Below the pieces are notes generated by a model. It made no database searches, was not told where the DNA came from, and worked only from the letters and a program-made list of their open reading frames with translations. From Callorhinchus milii (taxonomy: Eukaryota), in contig NW_024704742.1 in assembly GCF_018977255.1 (NCBI RefSeq), forward strand, positions 14,572,001 to 14,636,000: a stretch of DNA of 64,000 nucleotides, in the 5' to 3' direction. Position numbers and translations under genes: made by a program. Positions 13,481 to 27,254 of this stretch are shown piece after piece (the first letter of the stretch is position 1; each line of letters begins with the position of its first letter).

Positions 13481-14170
13481 CAGAACAGGGTGCTGTAGGA
13501 AATTGTAAAGGAAAGAAGAAAAATCATTTACAAAGTATAGGGATAGTGGAGCACTGAACAAGTGTTCTTACCAAATGAGTACCGAGTAGATCTTTTTCAT
13601 GGTGGCGGTAGTGGGGGCAATAAGTCTCCCATTTGCTTTTGTTTGCCAGTATACAAACAGAATCATCATAACACTGACAGATTCTCCTTTGCAACTCTTT
13701 TTTACAAAGATTTAGGCCTCAATTGGTTAACAGAAATATATTAAATAACAATATAATGCTAATTCTTACGTTTCATCTTGCTCCTTTCACTGAACGGGAG
13801 GACATCTCTAGGATCTAATGTAAAGTGTAGTGACTATATCTGTAGGCGAATGTGACAGTCAATTCGTGCACAAACAATGTCTGACAAATAGTCATGAAGT
13901 GAAAGACCAATTTTATATGGTGGATTGACACCAGGAGAAACTCCCTTCTCTTTTTGAGAAGTGCCATGGGATCTTTAACTTCCACCTGAGGCAGATGGGA
14001 CCCCAATTTATTGTCTCCTCCTCCAACAATACAGCGCCTCCAACAACTACAGCTTCTAGTCATTACTCTCACTTTCTCACACCACTCTATGTAAAGGAGT
14101 TCTGTCTAAACTCTCTTTTAAATCTGCTAGTAGGTATCTTATAAATTATAAATAATAAATTATAAATTAT

Positions 14171-14348
14171 AAATTGGTCATTTTCAATCTACGACTGTTT
14201 GTTGGACATTGCTGTGCGCAATTGGCTGCCGCGTTCGCCCACAAATATACAGTCAATTCACTTTACAGTGTGTTCTGTGAAGCGCTTTGGGACATCGTCC
14301 CGACGTGAAAAGCGCTATATCAAATGCAAGGATTATTATTATTATTAT
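14171..14348 (+). mobile_element. SINE 3' half with intact tail, preceded by an (ATAAATT)n expansion
   Basis: gctgtgcgcaattggctgccgcgttcgcccacaaat...agcgctttgggacatcgtcccgacgtgaaaagcgctatatcaaatgcaaggattattatt. Confidence 0.88.
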
Positions 14349-15229
14349 ATTTATGTCCCTTGTTATTGGACAAGAGAAAACTATCGACAATTATCACATT
14401 ATAATTAATAACTGATTTGAAGCTCTGCCAACACCCTACAGCCAAGTAAGCCCAAACTACAACAGCAACCTGCACTTATTTAGCACCCTCCATGCAGGGT
14501 AGTGTCTCAGAATGCTTAAAATACCTCATTCAACTCAGCTTTTGAAATTAACTGCTTTTTAATTGAGTCCATTGTGCTGGCCTCAGCCACACTTCATGGC
14601 AACCTGTCCCAGTATTTAATTACCCACGGGGTAAAGAAACACTTGCTGGTGTTTGTTCTGAAATTGTCCTTTACAACTCTAAACCTATGCCGTCTTGATC
14701 TACTGTCTTGATGCAGCTGAATTATTGTTCTGGGTTTACTTTTTTTTACTTTTTTCTTTATCACGGTTCGATAGCACAAATATCAAGTGCAGAGACAACT
14801 AGAGCAGTATGATTACCATCAAGCAGAAAGTTAAATAGAAAGAGGTTCGCTAAAGGTAAACAGGCTTAAAAGAAGCCTAACCAGGCATACATGTCAATTG
14901 CATAGCATAACCAACCAGTCTAGAACATCAAGCTAGCTGGCATGTCACAAGTTGTCCTGTATAGGTCCTTTCCACTTCACTGAAGGCAGATGTCGGTTGA
15001 GTAGCTGACAAGGAAACTCTGAGCCTTAGGACAACAAGTACTGGAAAGCATTACTTGGAATCAGGATTTGTGTACACACATTCATATATCCAGGGCTTGG
15101 TATCTACTTTGATTAGCATGGAGAGAGATAAGCTCGAATGTCTTAAGGTTAATTTGCTGCCGAAGCTACAAAACTCCAAATGGTAGAGCCCTCAATCAAT
15201 GAATAAGTGTGTGTCTGTGATGTAGGCAT

Positions 15230-15990
15230 TATAAGATCATGAAGAATTTCAGATGAAGCATGCTCTTCAGCTCATTTGATCTTATCCTTCAAGAACACCC
15301 ATCCCACTGTCCTCCCATTGCAGCAATGAACTGTTTTTTAAGTGTCAACCAGCCTGGCCTCAAGCACTCTTCCTGATAACCTGTTGCAGTCCTTAATTAT
15401 GCTCTGGTTAAAAAAATACTTCCTAGTTTCTGTCCCAAAATTGCCTTTTGCAGCTTTAAACCTCTTATTCTGCATCGGGAAATATTGTTCTGGAGATACT
15501 TTCTTAATCCAATTAACAATCTTATACATTACCAGGTCCTGTCTGAGATGTCTCCTTTCAAGACTGAAGAATCCTAATTTGTCTAATCTTGTTGGCTTTC
15601 ACCTCCAAAATACACAGTCACTACATTTTACAGTAAAATTCTGTGAAGAGCTATGAGATGTCATTTTGATATGAAATTGCATTTATCAGATGCAAGAATT
15701 ATTTAATATTTAATTGTTACTCATAGCTTATTCCTAGACTTAGAGTTCAATGCTAAGAATCATTCTTTTTGTCCTCTGCACTGTTCTCTAGTGCTTAGAA
15801 AGCTCCCTTATGTCATAGTGACCAGAACTGTGTGCAATACTCTTGGCCGAACCAGAATGCGATGCAGCTTGAATATGACTTCTGAGAATCTGAGCTTAAC
15901 TGATTTGGCAATGAGGCCCAACATCCTGTTTTGGCTTGTTTATTGTTGCCTCACACTGTTTTGCTAAGCATTGAGTCAATCAACACACCA
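15230..15990 (-). mobile_element. Decayed CR1 LINE 3' region (RT C-terminus remnants)
   Basis: ORF 15338..15529 (YKIVNWIKKV...RKYFFNQ) resembles the CR1 ORF2 end; similar remnants lie at ~14530-14735, 28270-28640, 33420-33550 and 36680-37062. Confidence 0.7.
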
Positions 15991-16755
15991 AGATATTGCT
16001 CTAGAACTCCATTCCGCATTGCCACAGATTTGCTCCCTTCTTGCATTCACGGACTATCTTATAACGTACCTCTTTGACTGCACTTTCAGACATCTTCCCC
16101 TCCCCCTATCTTCTCATCCAAAGCTCAGATGCCCCTAGGCTGTATTATCAAGCACTATAAAACATCCTTCTGACAGGAAAGGCACCATATACAAATAAAT
16201 TGTAATTATACCACCAATTACAATTGCACTGAGGAAGGTTTGAAAAGCTGGTAAGTTTTGAAGGCAGAGAAAGGGGGCAAGGCAGAGAGACTTAAGGCTG
16301 AGTTCCAGAGAATGGGAGTAGTTGAAGGTCAGCGGTTAGTACCTGAGATGAGAAGGTGCTGATGGGAGCCAAGCAGGAGAGCCTCACTGAGCTTCCACTT
16401 TGGTAAGTTCTTTCCCACCCGTGCTCATATTCTTACTTTCTTTAAGTACAACCTTGCCTTTATCTTTATTGAACTTCATTTGACAGTTACCAACCCAGGT
16501 GAATAACCTCTCAAGCTCTCTTTGTCTATGCTGAGACCTATGTTGCTTCCTCTGATTCCTCAGTCTCTCCGCCCTCCCCACCCACCCCCTACAACTTTGT
16601 GTCACCTGCAAATGTAACTGCTTTACATAAGCCCTGCAAATCCAGAACATTAGTCTTTCTGATTCTCAGTATAGACCTCTGAGTGACCTTGCTTAATACC
16701 TCCACCTATTTTGTTCAAGCTCCCCCAATTTTCCTTTGTTGTCTTCCCTTCGACT

Positions 16756-17238
16756 GTGGTCTTGGTAGTCCAGTTCCTGAGCCAGGTGGGTTCACCGTAT
16801 TCCAGGGCACTGCTGACGACAAACCAGTCAGACTGGCTCATCCGCAGGACTTGGAGGGGGTATACCAGTCACTAGGTGTAGGGATTCCTTATATATAACT
16901 CCTGGTAACACTGCAAGCCAAATTTCTAACAGGTAAGGTGATCCTAGTTCGACAAGTAATATGAAGCTTACTAGTTAATGTTCGCAATGGAAAGCTATTA
17001 AATTTTATCTGGTTAAACTCTAGAAAAGCACCAATGCACAGCCTGGAATCCCCAAACTTTGGCTCTTGCCAACCTGTTTCTAATACTTTCCATAATTGGG
17101 TAAGCAGAGCAAGGGCCTCCAGGGAGAGAGAGTGGGCATTTCATTCCAAACAAATAGGAAATTCCACGCGTAGGTGGAACTCAGGCATAGCAATCAGATT
17201 CTGTGTGTGTCGGACACCTGGCTGAAAGATAAAAAAGA
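16756..17238 (+). repeat. Unclassified ~500-bp interspersed repeat, copy C
   Basis: Collinear with copies A and B, including tcctgagccag...tattccagggcactgctgacgac...ctggctca. Confidence 0.75.
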
Positions 17239-18719
17239 CAGCAGAAACATCAGCCAGTATTCCTGCTCTCTTATCGCTATTTAGCTATCCTTGCTGGAAG
17301 GCTGACGTGCATGAATGCTGGGTGAGGTCAGGATTCAACTTGGCTGTGATACCCCCTGATTGCAGAGCCTGCCAAAGCACTAGCTGTCAAGGCTTACACA
17401 TGAAGATTAGCCAATTGGCTGAGATACCATTGAGGGTGGCAAGAATCCATGAAACTCGGCAAAGAATCAGTGCGTTCAAGAGAGGAGACGAGGGGAAAAA
17501 AATTGAAGTGTGGGCAAAATTTTAATTATAAAACATGTAGAATAGTTAGCTATTTTACTATTATTAATCAGAACATGAACTATGTCAATGTTTAAAACAA
17601 AGTTTTAAAAAAATGCTTCAGGTTTCAACTTAACTATAAGGAAAATATTTGTTTTAGGTGGCTATCCTAAAGTTTATTTGAACTCATATTGACTTTGCTA
17701 TGATGCATTTTAATGGTACACTGGGAACAAGTTTTATTCAATTAATGCTGTACTTGACATTTAAGCCAGGTTTTCAGCTAAGTGCAATCATGAAATCGGG
17801 GGGAAAATATGCTTCGTTCATTTGTTCCAATTTGGCTCCTGAACATGTATTATTATTCCAGGAGAGCAGGTAATGCTCTGAGCAGAAGTGAACTGGCTGT
17901 CAGAACAATCTGTCTTTCACATTTACCAGCTAGAATAAAGCAGAGTACAACTTTATTTGGAAATACTGTACTTGAAAAGGGCTGGACACTAAAATAGAGA
18001 TTGATTTACTGGCTCAAGTTATAATTTCACAGTAAACACTTTTGTGGGTGGACTAAACAGTAATGAGACACTTCATTGGCCAATATTAAGATAAGCTATT
18101 TGTGCGTTGAGTCATTTGGAATAGTTTACTAAAAAGCCTTTTCTCATTGCCTGACCTACTGTCATTGGTGCGTTTTTCCTTTTTATTTAGTTTTGCATCA
18201 AAACATAAGAAAACATGTAATGAGGGAAAGCTATTCTTGCATTTCATATCAGAGGCTATGGGAAAAGAGCAGGAATTGTATTAGGAGTGGATGGATGTTG
18301 TTTTGGAGGAGAAAACACAAATGAAAAATGGGCTAAATGGCCTTCTCCTGTGGTGATTTCTGAAATTGATCATTCACTTCATGGCTGTTTGTTGGACATT
18401 GCTTTGCAGAAATTGGCAATCTCATTTGCCAACAAAATATACAGTCACTACACTGTACGGTAGTAGTCTTCAACCAGGCGATCATTGTTAGGTCGCACTG
18501 TCGAACATGATCTAAAATACAAGAGGATGGAGTGACAGAACTGAGTAAAATTCAGCCCAATTGAAAATGAAGCCAGACACATGAAGTTTTCATGCATCTG
18601 GAAATACAAACATAAACTTTTTGTATTAAACTGCAGTAAATCCTGGTCCCTATAACCAAGATCACTTTCTTCCACTGCCATCAAATTGACTGCTTTCAAC
18701 CGAACCTCACACCCAATGC

Positions 18720-19280
18720 AGCCAAAATCCTCGTTTTTCGCCACCTCCCACCTTAACTATTTTAATGCCCTCCTCGCGGGTCTTCCCAGCTCCACTATCC
18801 ACAAACTCCAACAAATTCAGAACTCCGCCAACCATATACTCACTCGTTCTAACTCCATATCCCATCACAACAGTCCTCGACAGGCTCCACTGGCTCCCAA
18901 TCACAGAACAGATCAACTTCAAGATTCTCTGACTCGTCTACAAATCCCTTCATGTCCTACCACGTCCCTATCTTTCCAACCTGCTTCCTTCCAACTACAC
19001 TACCCGCTGCCTCAACTCAGCTGGCTCTGGCCTCCTGCTCGTCCCTTGTTCCTTCCACTTCACTATCAACCACGGTGCTTTCAAACATTACTTCCCGAAA
19101 TTTTGGAAGTCTCTCCCTCCATCCTTCCACTTTTTCAGACCACGCCTGAAGACCTTCTGCTTTGACCGTGCTTTTTTGGTTACCTCCTCCCTCTCCCGAC
19201 TCGGCATCAGGCTCCGCCACTGTTAAGTGCTCAAAGGCACTACCCCGCATGAAGAGCGCTATATACATGCAAGTTGTTGA
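18720..19280 (+). mobile_element. L2-clade LINE fragment (ORF2 C-terminus plus 3' UTR)
   Basis: Translation LNYFNALLAGLPSSTIHKLQQIQNSANHILTR matches the L2 pattern LDYCNSLLAGLP...LQxIQNxAAR; ends gcgctatatacatgcaagttgttg. Confidence 0.85.
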
Positions 19281-22200
19281 TCTAATTATCACTCCTTCTT
19301 GTTTTTAATGAGCACTCGCAAGACTCCATCCAGGGTTGATCGACCAGTTGGTCGATTGACCAACCCTGCTCTACAGTGAATCCTTTTTAAATATCTTCTC
19401 AACATGAAAGGCGACATGTTACAGATTATTATCATTTCCAGTCTGAGAAGTGTTGGTTTACTTCATCAGATACCGACATTCGTCATAATGTGTTATGACC
19501 AGGCAAGGTGCCATTGGAAAATAAAATATACTGGCCACTCTTAACAGCAATAATTTCTTGCAGCTCACCGATCAAATGGCACACAAGATAGCAAAACAAT
19601 CCAACCTGATGCAGGCATAAAACAGGCGTGTGGCATTGATTCCTGTTTAGCCTGTGGTTTATTCTGCATTAACAGGTACAATCTCTCTGGCCATAGATTT
19701 TTCCTATGTGAACATTTAAAGAGACGGATAGAAGGAATTTATTTCAACAGCAGGGATTGATTCCCTTAAATGGAAGTTGCTCCAAGCTCTGTGCCTCTCC
19801 AGAGAATTGGCTGCAAACTGGAAATTATTATCTTATGATTCACATTCAGAAGTGCAAAAGAATGGCACAAGGCCTCAGACACTCGTGTAAAACTCAACGC
19901 TCTTAAAGTTTGCTTTAACTCTATAATCCCAACATTCAACAATGGAAAATCTCTGTTAAGTTGCTGCATTTGATCCAGTGCATTCTATAAGCAAATAGAC
20001 GTGCACACACTTAAGTATTTACTGCAACGGCTTTCTGCAGTGCACTACTCTGTGTGATCTAACTGGGTCAACTTTACGACTTAATGTGCAATGATAGATC
20101 TCTGACAGTGAAATACTGTACAAGACAATGATTCAACTGAGCAGTTCTGAGTGATTTCTTTAACTGTAAGTATGAAACTCCAGCAGTTTCTGGACAGCAC
20201 CGGAATCCCAAGATTGAATTATAGCTTGATGCTCACAGCTGGAAAATTTACAGTGCTATTCATATAATATAGCATTCATACTCGTAAAGTTCATTTTGAA
20301 AGAATCAATTTCGTTAAAGTCACTGAGGCAGGGATGGTAAATGTGGCGGAGATGAGTTAAATGGATAATAAAGGGGTGACATTGGAGTTGACAGTATACA
20401 GCAGCTTTAGACTAGAACAATTCAAATATTAACACCAGTTTTTTTCTGCAGAGGGCAGGAAAATATAGTAAAAATTCTTACAAGAAATTTTTAATTTTTG
20501 TTGATTTAGTATCTTGGCTAATAATACCACAACATACAATAAGGTGAAATGTACACGGTGAAATTACAAAATACTTAGGTATCCCTTTTTGTATGGTGTC
20601 ATTCATAACAGCCGGAGATAGAGTGAAATCCCTTGACCCCATCAATGAGATTTGCACTTTTGTACATCTTCCAAATGGGATGTATAATAATGCGCAGCTG
20701 GGAGATGAATCCCAGATTTTATATCCCAGACAGAGACGTGAAATACTTCTGAATTATTCCAGTCTTTTCATAACTAAAGTAAGATTTCCATTGCTGACCT
20801 CGGATGGAATTTTCCCCTCATTCATTATGAATGAGGGGAAAATTCTACCCACCATATTTTATTTTTATTACATACATGTGTGCGCGTGCATTGGGTGACA
20901 TAGACAAGAGCACACCATTAGAGTTTTAGTTTATATGATGGGCTTTTTTGAATCCCATTCTGTTGGACTGAACAAGTGCAGTCATTCAGAAGAGACTGGA
21001 AAGCAAATATTGCTTCCAGATTTCACTGAAACGCCTGCCCTGGGTGCCCTTTCCTCCAAACACAGAATTGTGTGCATTTCTCACAGCTGATGAGCACCTA
21101 AATGCATAACTGCTGACGTCTCATGGAAAACTGTGGACCTCTTTTTAAAGGTATCCTACAATTGAGCAGCAGCTTTTGGCCCAGTGTCACATTCGATGGA
21201 AAAGGTGATATTTGGCCGCTTTTTCTGCTTTTACTTCAAGCGGCAGGAGTTGGGACGTAATTCACACATTTTTGTGAGATTATGTTTATAACTTCAGATT
21301 TACTGATAACAAACATACTTGGTCTTTTATTCCCTATTTTCAGCAAGTTATCTTCGCATGTCATAACTATTATAATGGTTTGAAAAAACACAGCATGACC
21401 CCGAGTACAAATCTAATCCCTGAAAAAGGCAGTCATGGCAGACACCCACATTTAGACTTTTCCCCTCACTTTCAGATGGAGGGGCTATGCTTTCACCATC
21501 CCTAGCTAAGGCTGCATGTTGGTGATCTTAACCCAGCTCTGCTTTGCTCTGTATATTAGCCATTAGAAGGTCTGTGAAATTCTGGAGGTAGGCCAAATCT
21601 CTCACAAAAGTTTCCCTTAATATAAGAAAGTACCTGTCTTCCACCCAACACCTCCCAATGATGGCACGGCTAAGATCAATAAACATTTGATAATCTGCTC
21701 CTTGGTAAATGTGCAATCTTAACAGTGTGATCTTAGAAAGGGATTTTCCAAATAAAGGCTCAGAATGTCATAGATACAGAAATGAAAGGGATGTTTAAAA
21801 GGGAAATATGTACTTGGGATGTAGGGGTATTGTCAAATACCCCTACATCCCAAGGAGGTATTTGACAATACTCCTACATCCCAATAAGGGGTATTGTCAA
21901 AGAGCAAATGGGCTAAACAAATTTGCCATGATGGAATGGAGGAACAGACTTGATGGGCTGAATGGTCTTCTCCTGTTCCTGTGTTGCTATAAGATTGATT
22001 ATTGCTACTGAGAAAGGTCAGATTTAATTATCACAGTGTGGGCATCCCAGAGTCACAACAGTATTCAGATAAAGTCTTCCAGCCACAGAAACAGCCGCAC
22101 GTCAATTTAAATAACATAAAAAATATTTACATTATTGTTAATGAGTTTCCAGAATAGGCAAACCAGGCTCCCAGCGACAAAGCCGATATATGTTTATGTA

Positions 22201-25200
22201 CTCTTTGTTTCTGTGGATTCCACAAATAAAGAAGGCGTATCTGTAAATGCCTTATAACTTTTTGGCCAAAAATTGAAGGATTCCTCCCTCCTTTATATTA
22301 CTGATGTTAAATCTCTGTAAATGTACAAAATAAGGGAAGATGTGGGTAAATAACTCATGAAATTGTAAGCTAGCCATTGGGAGGTCTGTGGGATACTAGA
22401 TGCAGGCTGATTCTCACTCGCTTTCATTCCCCTTAGTATAGGAATGGTTGAGAGTAAAAAAAACATTCCAGTGCAATATCGCACCAGACTTTACTCTGCA
22501 AAGGCTGACTCTTTAATCTAAGTTGTGCTTTCATGAGGAAGTAATCTTAATCATGAGAGGAGGGAGTTTGAGGGTATTGACCAAAGGAAAGGTCAAAGTG
22601 GCACATTTTTAAAGAGGGTTTTGAAACTCCCTGTCTCAATTTCTCTGCCTTGCCCCCACCCCACCCTTTTTATCCATCTTTAAATCCCACCTTAAGACTT
22701 AGCTCTTCGACCAAGTCAATGGTCACCTCCCCTTGCCCCTCCCCCTCCCCCTTCTCTCTCACTTGATGTCCAATCACACCATTTTACAGTGCTCTGAGGC
22801 GCTATCCTGTATGAAGGGGACTTTATAAACGTAAGTTGTTGATAAAAGTTCAACACCAAAACACATATGTCATAAACTGTGTTGTAGTGCACTAGCATGT
22901 TACTCGTGTACAAAAATTAATTGTAACATAGCCCAGATCTTCTTCTTGTCCAAACAGAAGGATTGTCAAACAAATTCTCATAAGGATATTGGCCCTTTAA
23001 AAAAAACTCTACCCTGAAACAAGCCCTCCCAAACCAACCTTGTGCACATCTGCAATTGCTCCTGTTGCACTATGTATATACATACACAGGTAAACCAACT
23101 TTAACAGGAAGGTTACTGGTCACTAACATTTACACTTAACTCAATTGATGCATTTTGCTGATTTACACACAATATTGAATGATTTTAGCTGATGTTAATG
23201 GGAAAGCCTAATAGAATTGCAGCTCTGATCAGGGTTGTCTGGCTCGGTGGTGTGTTTGATACGTCTGATATTTATACTAACTGTAATTAGAGCAGGTTTT
23301 ATTTGAAATATCTATCTTAGGGAAAGGGACATAAAAGGGAAGTTTCAGGCAGTAGCTGTACTGTTGTCTGTACAAAAGTAAAGACTAGCAGCAGACGTAC
23401 AAGGGCTGTATATGGAAAAGTAAAACAACTCGTCTTAGCAAAATGAAGTTAATGTTCGGGGCTCACAGAATTACCTCACTATGACGATGGGTTAATCAAT
23501 ATATAGGAATGGATGATTTTCTAAATGTAATGGCCAAAATGAATCCAGTCCCACATCCAGTTGATAACTTACAGTCAAAAGAAAATTGTATGTTTGTTAA
23601 CAGATATAAAGGCCTGAAATTCCAAGTGGCTCAGTCACTAATGCACTGGGGTATCCATGTATTGACTTGTGGTCTCTGCTGGTAAGAATAATTTAATAAA
23701 TAAAGTTAAAACTATTTTGTATTCCTTTTAAGGAGAGCGGAGTGGTAAAGTACTGCAGTTTTATTTTAGAGGCTGAGCTAGGAACTAGGAACGAAGAAAG
23801 ATTTATGATTTTATCTTAAGTGATGAAATGAACAGAATGATCTGATCAATGTACAAATGCTGCAGTGTTTGCGTCTCAGGACAATCTGATTGTGATTATA
23901 TAGAGAGATGTGCTGATTCAGTACTTTTGTGCTCGAACATGAGATGATGTGGAGTGAGTGAGCTCAAGCTGAACATGTAGGTAGAGAGTTCTTCAGGCAA
24001 GTAAGAGAGAGACTACAGGGAAAACCATAATGTGATAAACAAAAGGAGATTCAATGTTCTAAGAAGAAAAATGGTCAGATTTAGAATTGCCAGAAGGGAA
24101 AGATTACTCATTGCTCCTTAACACAACATGTGAAGCAGAGTATTGAACCAGATGCTGTCTTAGATTTACCAGTGTTCTTTAGCAGTCCATCAGAACTGAT
24201 CAGTAATTTGGGGGTTGATGAACTCTTGGATTAACAATAATCATTGGGTACTTTGATTTGATACTCTGTTAAATGCTATGACCAAATATAATAATTACAA
24301 CGCATGACTTTATAAACACAAACTTCAGACGTATGAAAAGAACTGAGGGGAGGGTTAAATGACAAGCAAAAATCGAAAATAAAATAAGAGAAACAAAGTA
24401 AATTATTTAAAGACCTTTCAAGGGAGTTGTAAGAAAACACATCTGTATGGGAAACAGAAATCTAAGCAAGGTTCAATAACAGATCAAAACTAATGAAATG
24501 GACCAAGAAAGAAGGAATCAAACAACGAACAATACTGAAGTCATATAAAAGACAGTAGATGTCACCTAAGAGGGGTGCTGGAGGTAGTAAAAGGTGATTA
24601 CAAATCCGCAGATTACAGACAGCGTGATCTATCAGCTTGATACCTCCCGATGTGAAAGGCGCTATATAAATGAAATGTTGTTGTTGTTGTTAATGTGCTA
24701 GTTCAGCTTTTCTATTTTTTTTAACAGTATGAGTTCATATCTGCAATTATTTTGCCCCTGTGGTCAGAGGGAGATGCTGAGCAGAGGTCACAAGGAAAAT
24801 AAACTTGGCATAGTGTTTGGGCATAATAGACTTCAGTGCTGTTGCCAATTAAAGTGACTTTCCAGCCTAAGATTGAGTGACAAAACTCTGTTCATTGCCA
24901 TGGCAAGTCTTGTCCACCAATGTTTAAGACTGACTTTGGGTCCACCAATTGTTCTAAAATTGGGAAACGCAAGAGAGTGTTCTCTTCAAAAGCTAGTTGA
25001 TAATTAGCAACTAAATTCAAAACGTTTCTGTGGAAATTGCATTTTGCATTCTGTAGGAATAGGAGCATTCCATCTATCCGTCTGTCTGTACCCTCAGCAA
25101 AATGGTTATGCACAAAGATTTCTCTTTGCCTAAAGTCAAACTAATCATCATTTGAGTGAAGCTAAAACAGGACGTCAATTTAATTCTGTGGGTGGCCTGG

Positions 25201-26023
25201 GAAGCAAATGCTGCCTCCAGCACCAGAAATTGAAGCTCGCTCGAGTCTGGAAAAAAATGTAAAGTGACATTCTCAAAAAAATAGCATGAAACAATCCAAT
25301 GAAAATGATTAGATTCCAATGATAAGGATACACTCATGGAACTTGCAGGGGGTGCAGGGGGAGGACATTTCAATGACCAGTTTCAGTTAACCTCTGAATT
25401 CATAGCATTTCTTAATGCATTTGATGTGACACTATTGCTTTGGATGTTATGTTCAAAAGCCTCTGTGTAAATGATTTCTCATAACCTTTCCCTTTGTTTT
25501 TCTGTTACCCTCAAATTGGCACCTTGCCGACAAGTGGAAATAGTTTCTCTAGTATCATGAATGTGAAGATATATTATGTGGTTCATTTTTATTCACTCTT
25601 TCAAACAGCATAATTTTCTAAATTAGCCAAGGAAAGTTATTAACAAGATCAATCATTCATGCCATGAACTGTGAACCATAAATGGTTTGAAATATAAAAA
25701 CCCAGAGGAGCTATTCATTATAAATTTCCATGTAATGGCCAACATGCCCCTCATCTCTGGAATATGCATTCAGACCATATAAGCAATTTTACTTTTGACA
25801 GTGATGAATGAGGAATACAGAGATCTGAAATGTCTTACAATTAAGCCAGATCGGATTTGCTGGAGAATTCTCAAATTCAGACTTAACACATGCTCGAGGT
25901 ACATGCTAGGTCAGTGGCGTAACTTTGATTCGATTTTCCAGAACAAAGCACTAAAGAGATTTAGTAACAATTTAAAATGAAAACAGCAAAAAGGACAAGT
26001 TGTTGGCCATAGTTTTACCTTGG

Positions 26024-26066
26024 TGTGTATGTGTGTGTATGTATGTGTGTGTTTGTGTGCGCGTGT
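26024..26066. repeat. Imperfect (GT)n microsatellite
   Basis: tgtgtatgtgtgtgtatgtatgtgtgtgtttgtgtgcgcgtgt. Confidence 0.85.
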
Positions 26067-27089
26067 GGAGGGGGGAGGTGGAGGGTTCATAACAGATTTA
26101 ATGTAAGATTTGGATTTGTTCTGAAATGTTGCATTTATCTACATTTTTGCATTTGCTCTGTTATGGTGTTTGAAATGAACCTGAATGAACTGCAGCTTGG
26201 AGAATAGCTACATAATAATAATAAATTATTTTTCTGAGTTTGTAATACGGTATTGAGGTTCCACTGGGATATCCTGGATAGAATATTCCCCACTTTACCA
26301 GCCACTTGTGTGTGGCACAAATTATCGTCCCTATTTTCTAATAATCAGACATTCCAACACAATACAATTTACATTACTATAGCTCTAAGTGCTTAACAAT
26401 GTTGGATGGGCACCCAAACAGGGGTTCGAGTTGAGGGGAAGTAGGGGGAGGGGAACCATGACTGAAAGCACATTCAAAGGGGTATGCTTTGAGACTCATT
26501 GAATAAGGGGAGGGAGGGAACAAGTCAGAGGGACTCCAGCAGAAAGCCTATCTGCCTGCCGGCCAATTGTGGGGTGAATAGTTTGACCGATGTGAAGCAA
26601 TGATTAGGTAGAGAGATTCAAAAGGAAACAGAGGCAAAATTAATCTTGAAGCACAATTAAATCTAAATACTCAACATCTTTTTGTCCTCTTTAGGAAGAG
26701 AAATTTCAGCACCTTAACTCCACACATATTTGTCCACCAGCAAACGCACAAGGACAGAGACAGACTAGTAGATTAGGCAGAGAGTTGGTAGATGAAATTT
26801 AACGCAAAAGTATTGATTTTGGGTGGAAGAAAATGGAGACCAATATATGTTAAATGGTAACATTTTAAAAGTAGAAGAGCAAAGAGACCTAGGGTTAGCA
26901 GAGACCTCGTCAGGCTCCGCCATTGTTAAGCGCTTTGAGTTGCTACTCTGCATTGAGGTTGCAACGAAAGTGCAAGTTATTGTTGTTATAGGGGGCTAAC
27001 ATAAGTAGATTGTTGAAAGTGAGAAGTCAGGTGGAGAAAGCTTTAAAGAAAGGTAGTGGGCTGCAAGCTTTTATAAATGGGACCAAAGA

Positions 27090-27254
27090 TTAACCCCCGT
27101 TAAGCAATCTGCCAATTGACTAACAACCAGGTTCCTACTTACTGCTAGGTAAACAGAGGCGTGTGGAGTTAGGAAACTTGCCTAAGGTTTCACCCTGCCC
27201 GGGAATTGCACCCAAGTCCTCTCGCTTGCTAACTGCTATGCGACAGGACTCCAC
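27090..27254 (-). mobile_element. tRNA-derived SINE 5' half, nested in a decayed + strand CR1 (~26770-27630)
   Basis: Reverse head ending caggactccac and internal module cctacttactgctaggtaaacagaggcgtgtggag; CR1-like sequence on both sides. Confidence 0.78.

Noticed and set aside
16795..16840. Hammerhead-like CTGACGA following a hairpin in the unclassified repeat
   Set aside because: No stem II plus GAAA follows, there is no proper UH cleavage site, and the core differs in the other copies (TTGATGA, CTGATGG).
17240..17502. GC-richer segment ending gagaggagacgaggggaaaaaaa that looks like an old SINE
   Set aside because: Only one copy is visible in the window, and I cannot support a family assignment without a database search.
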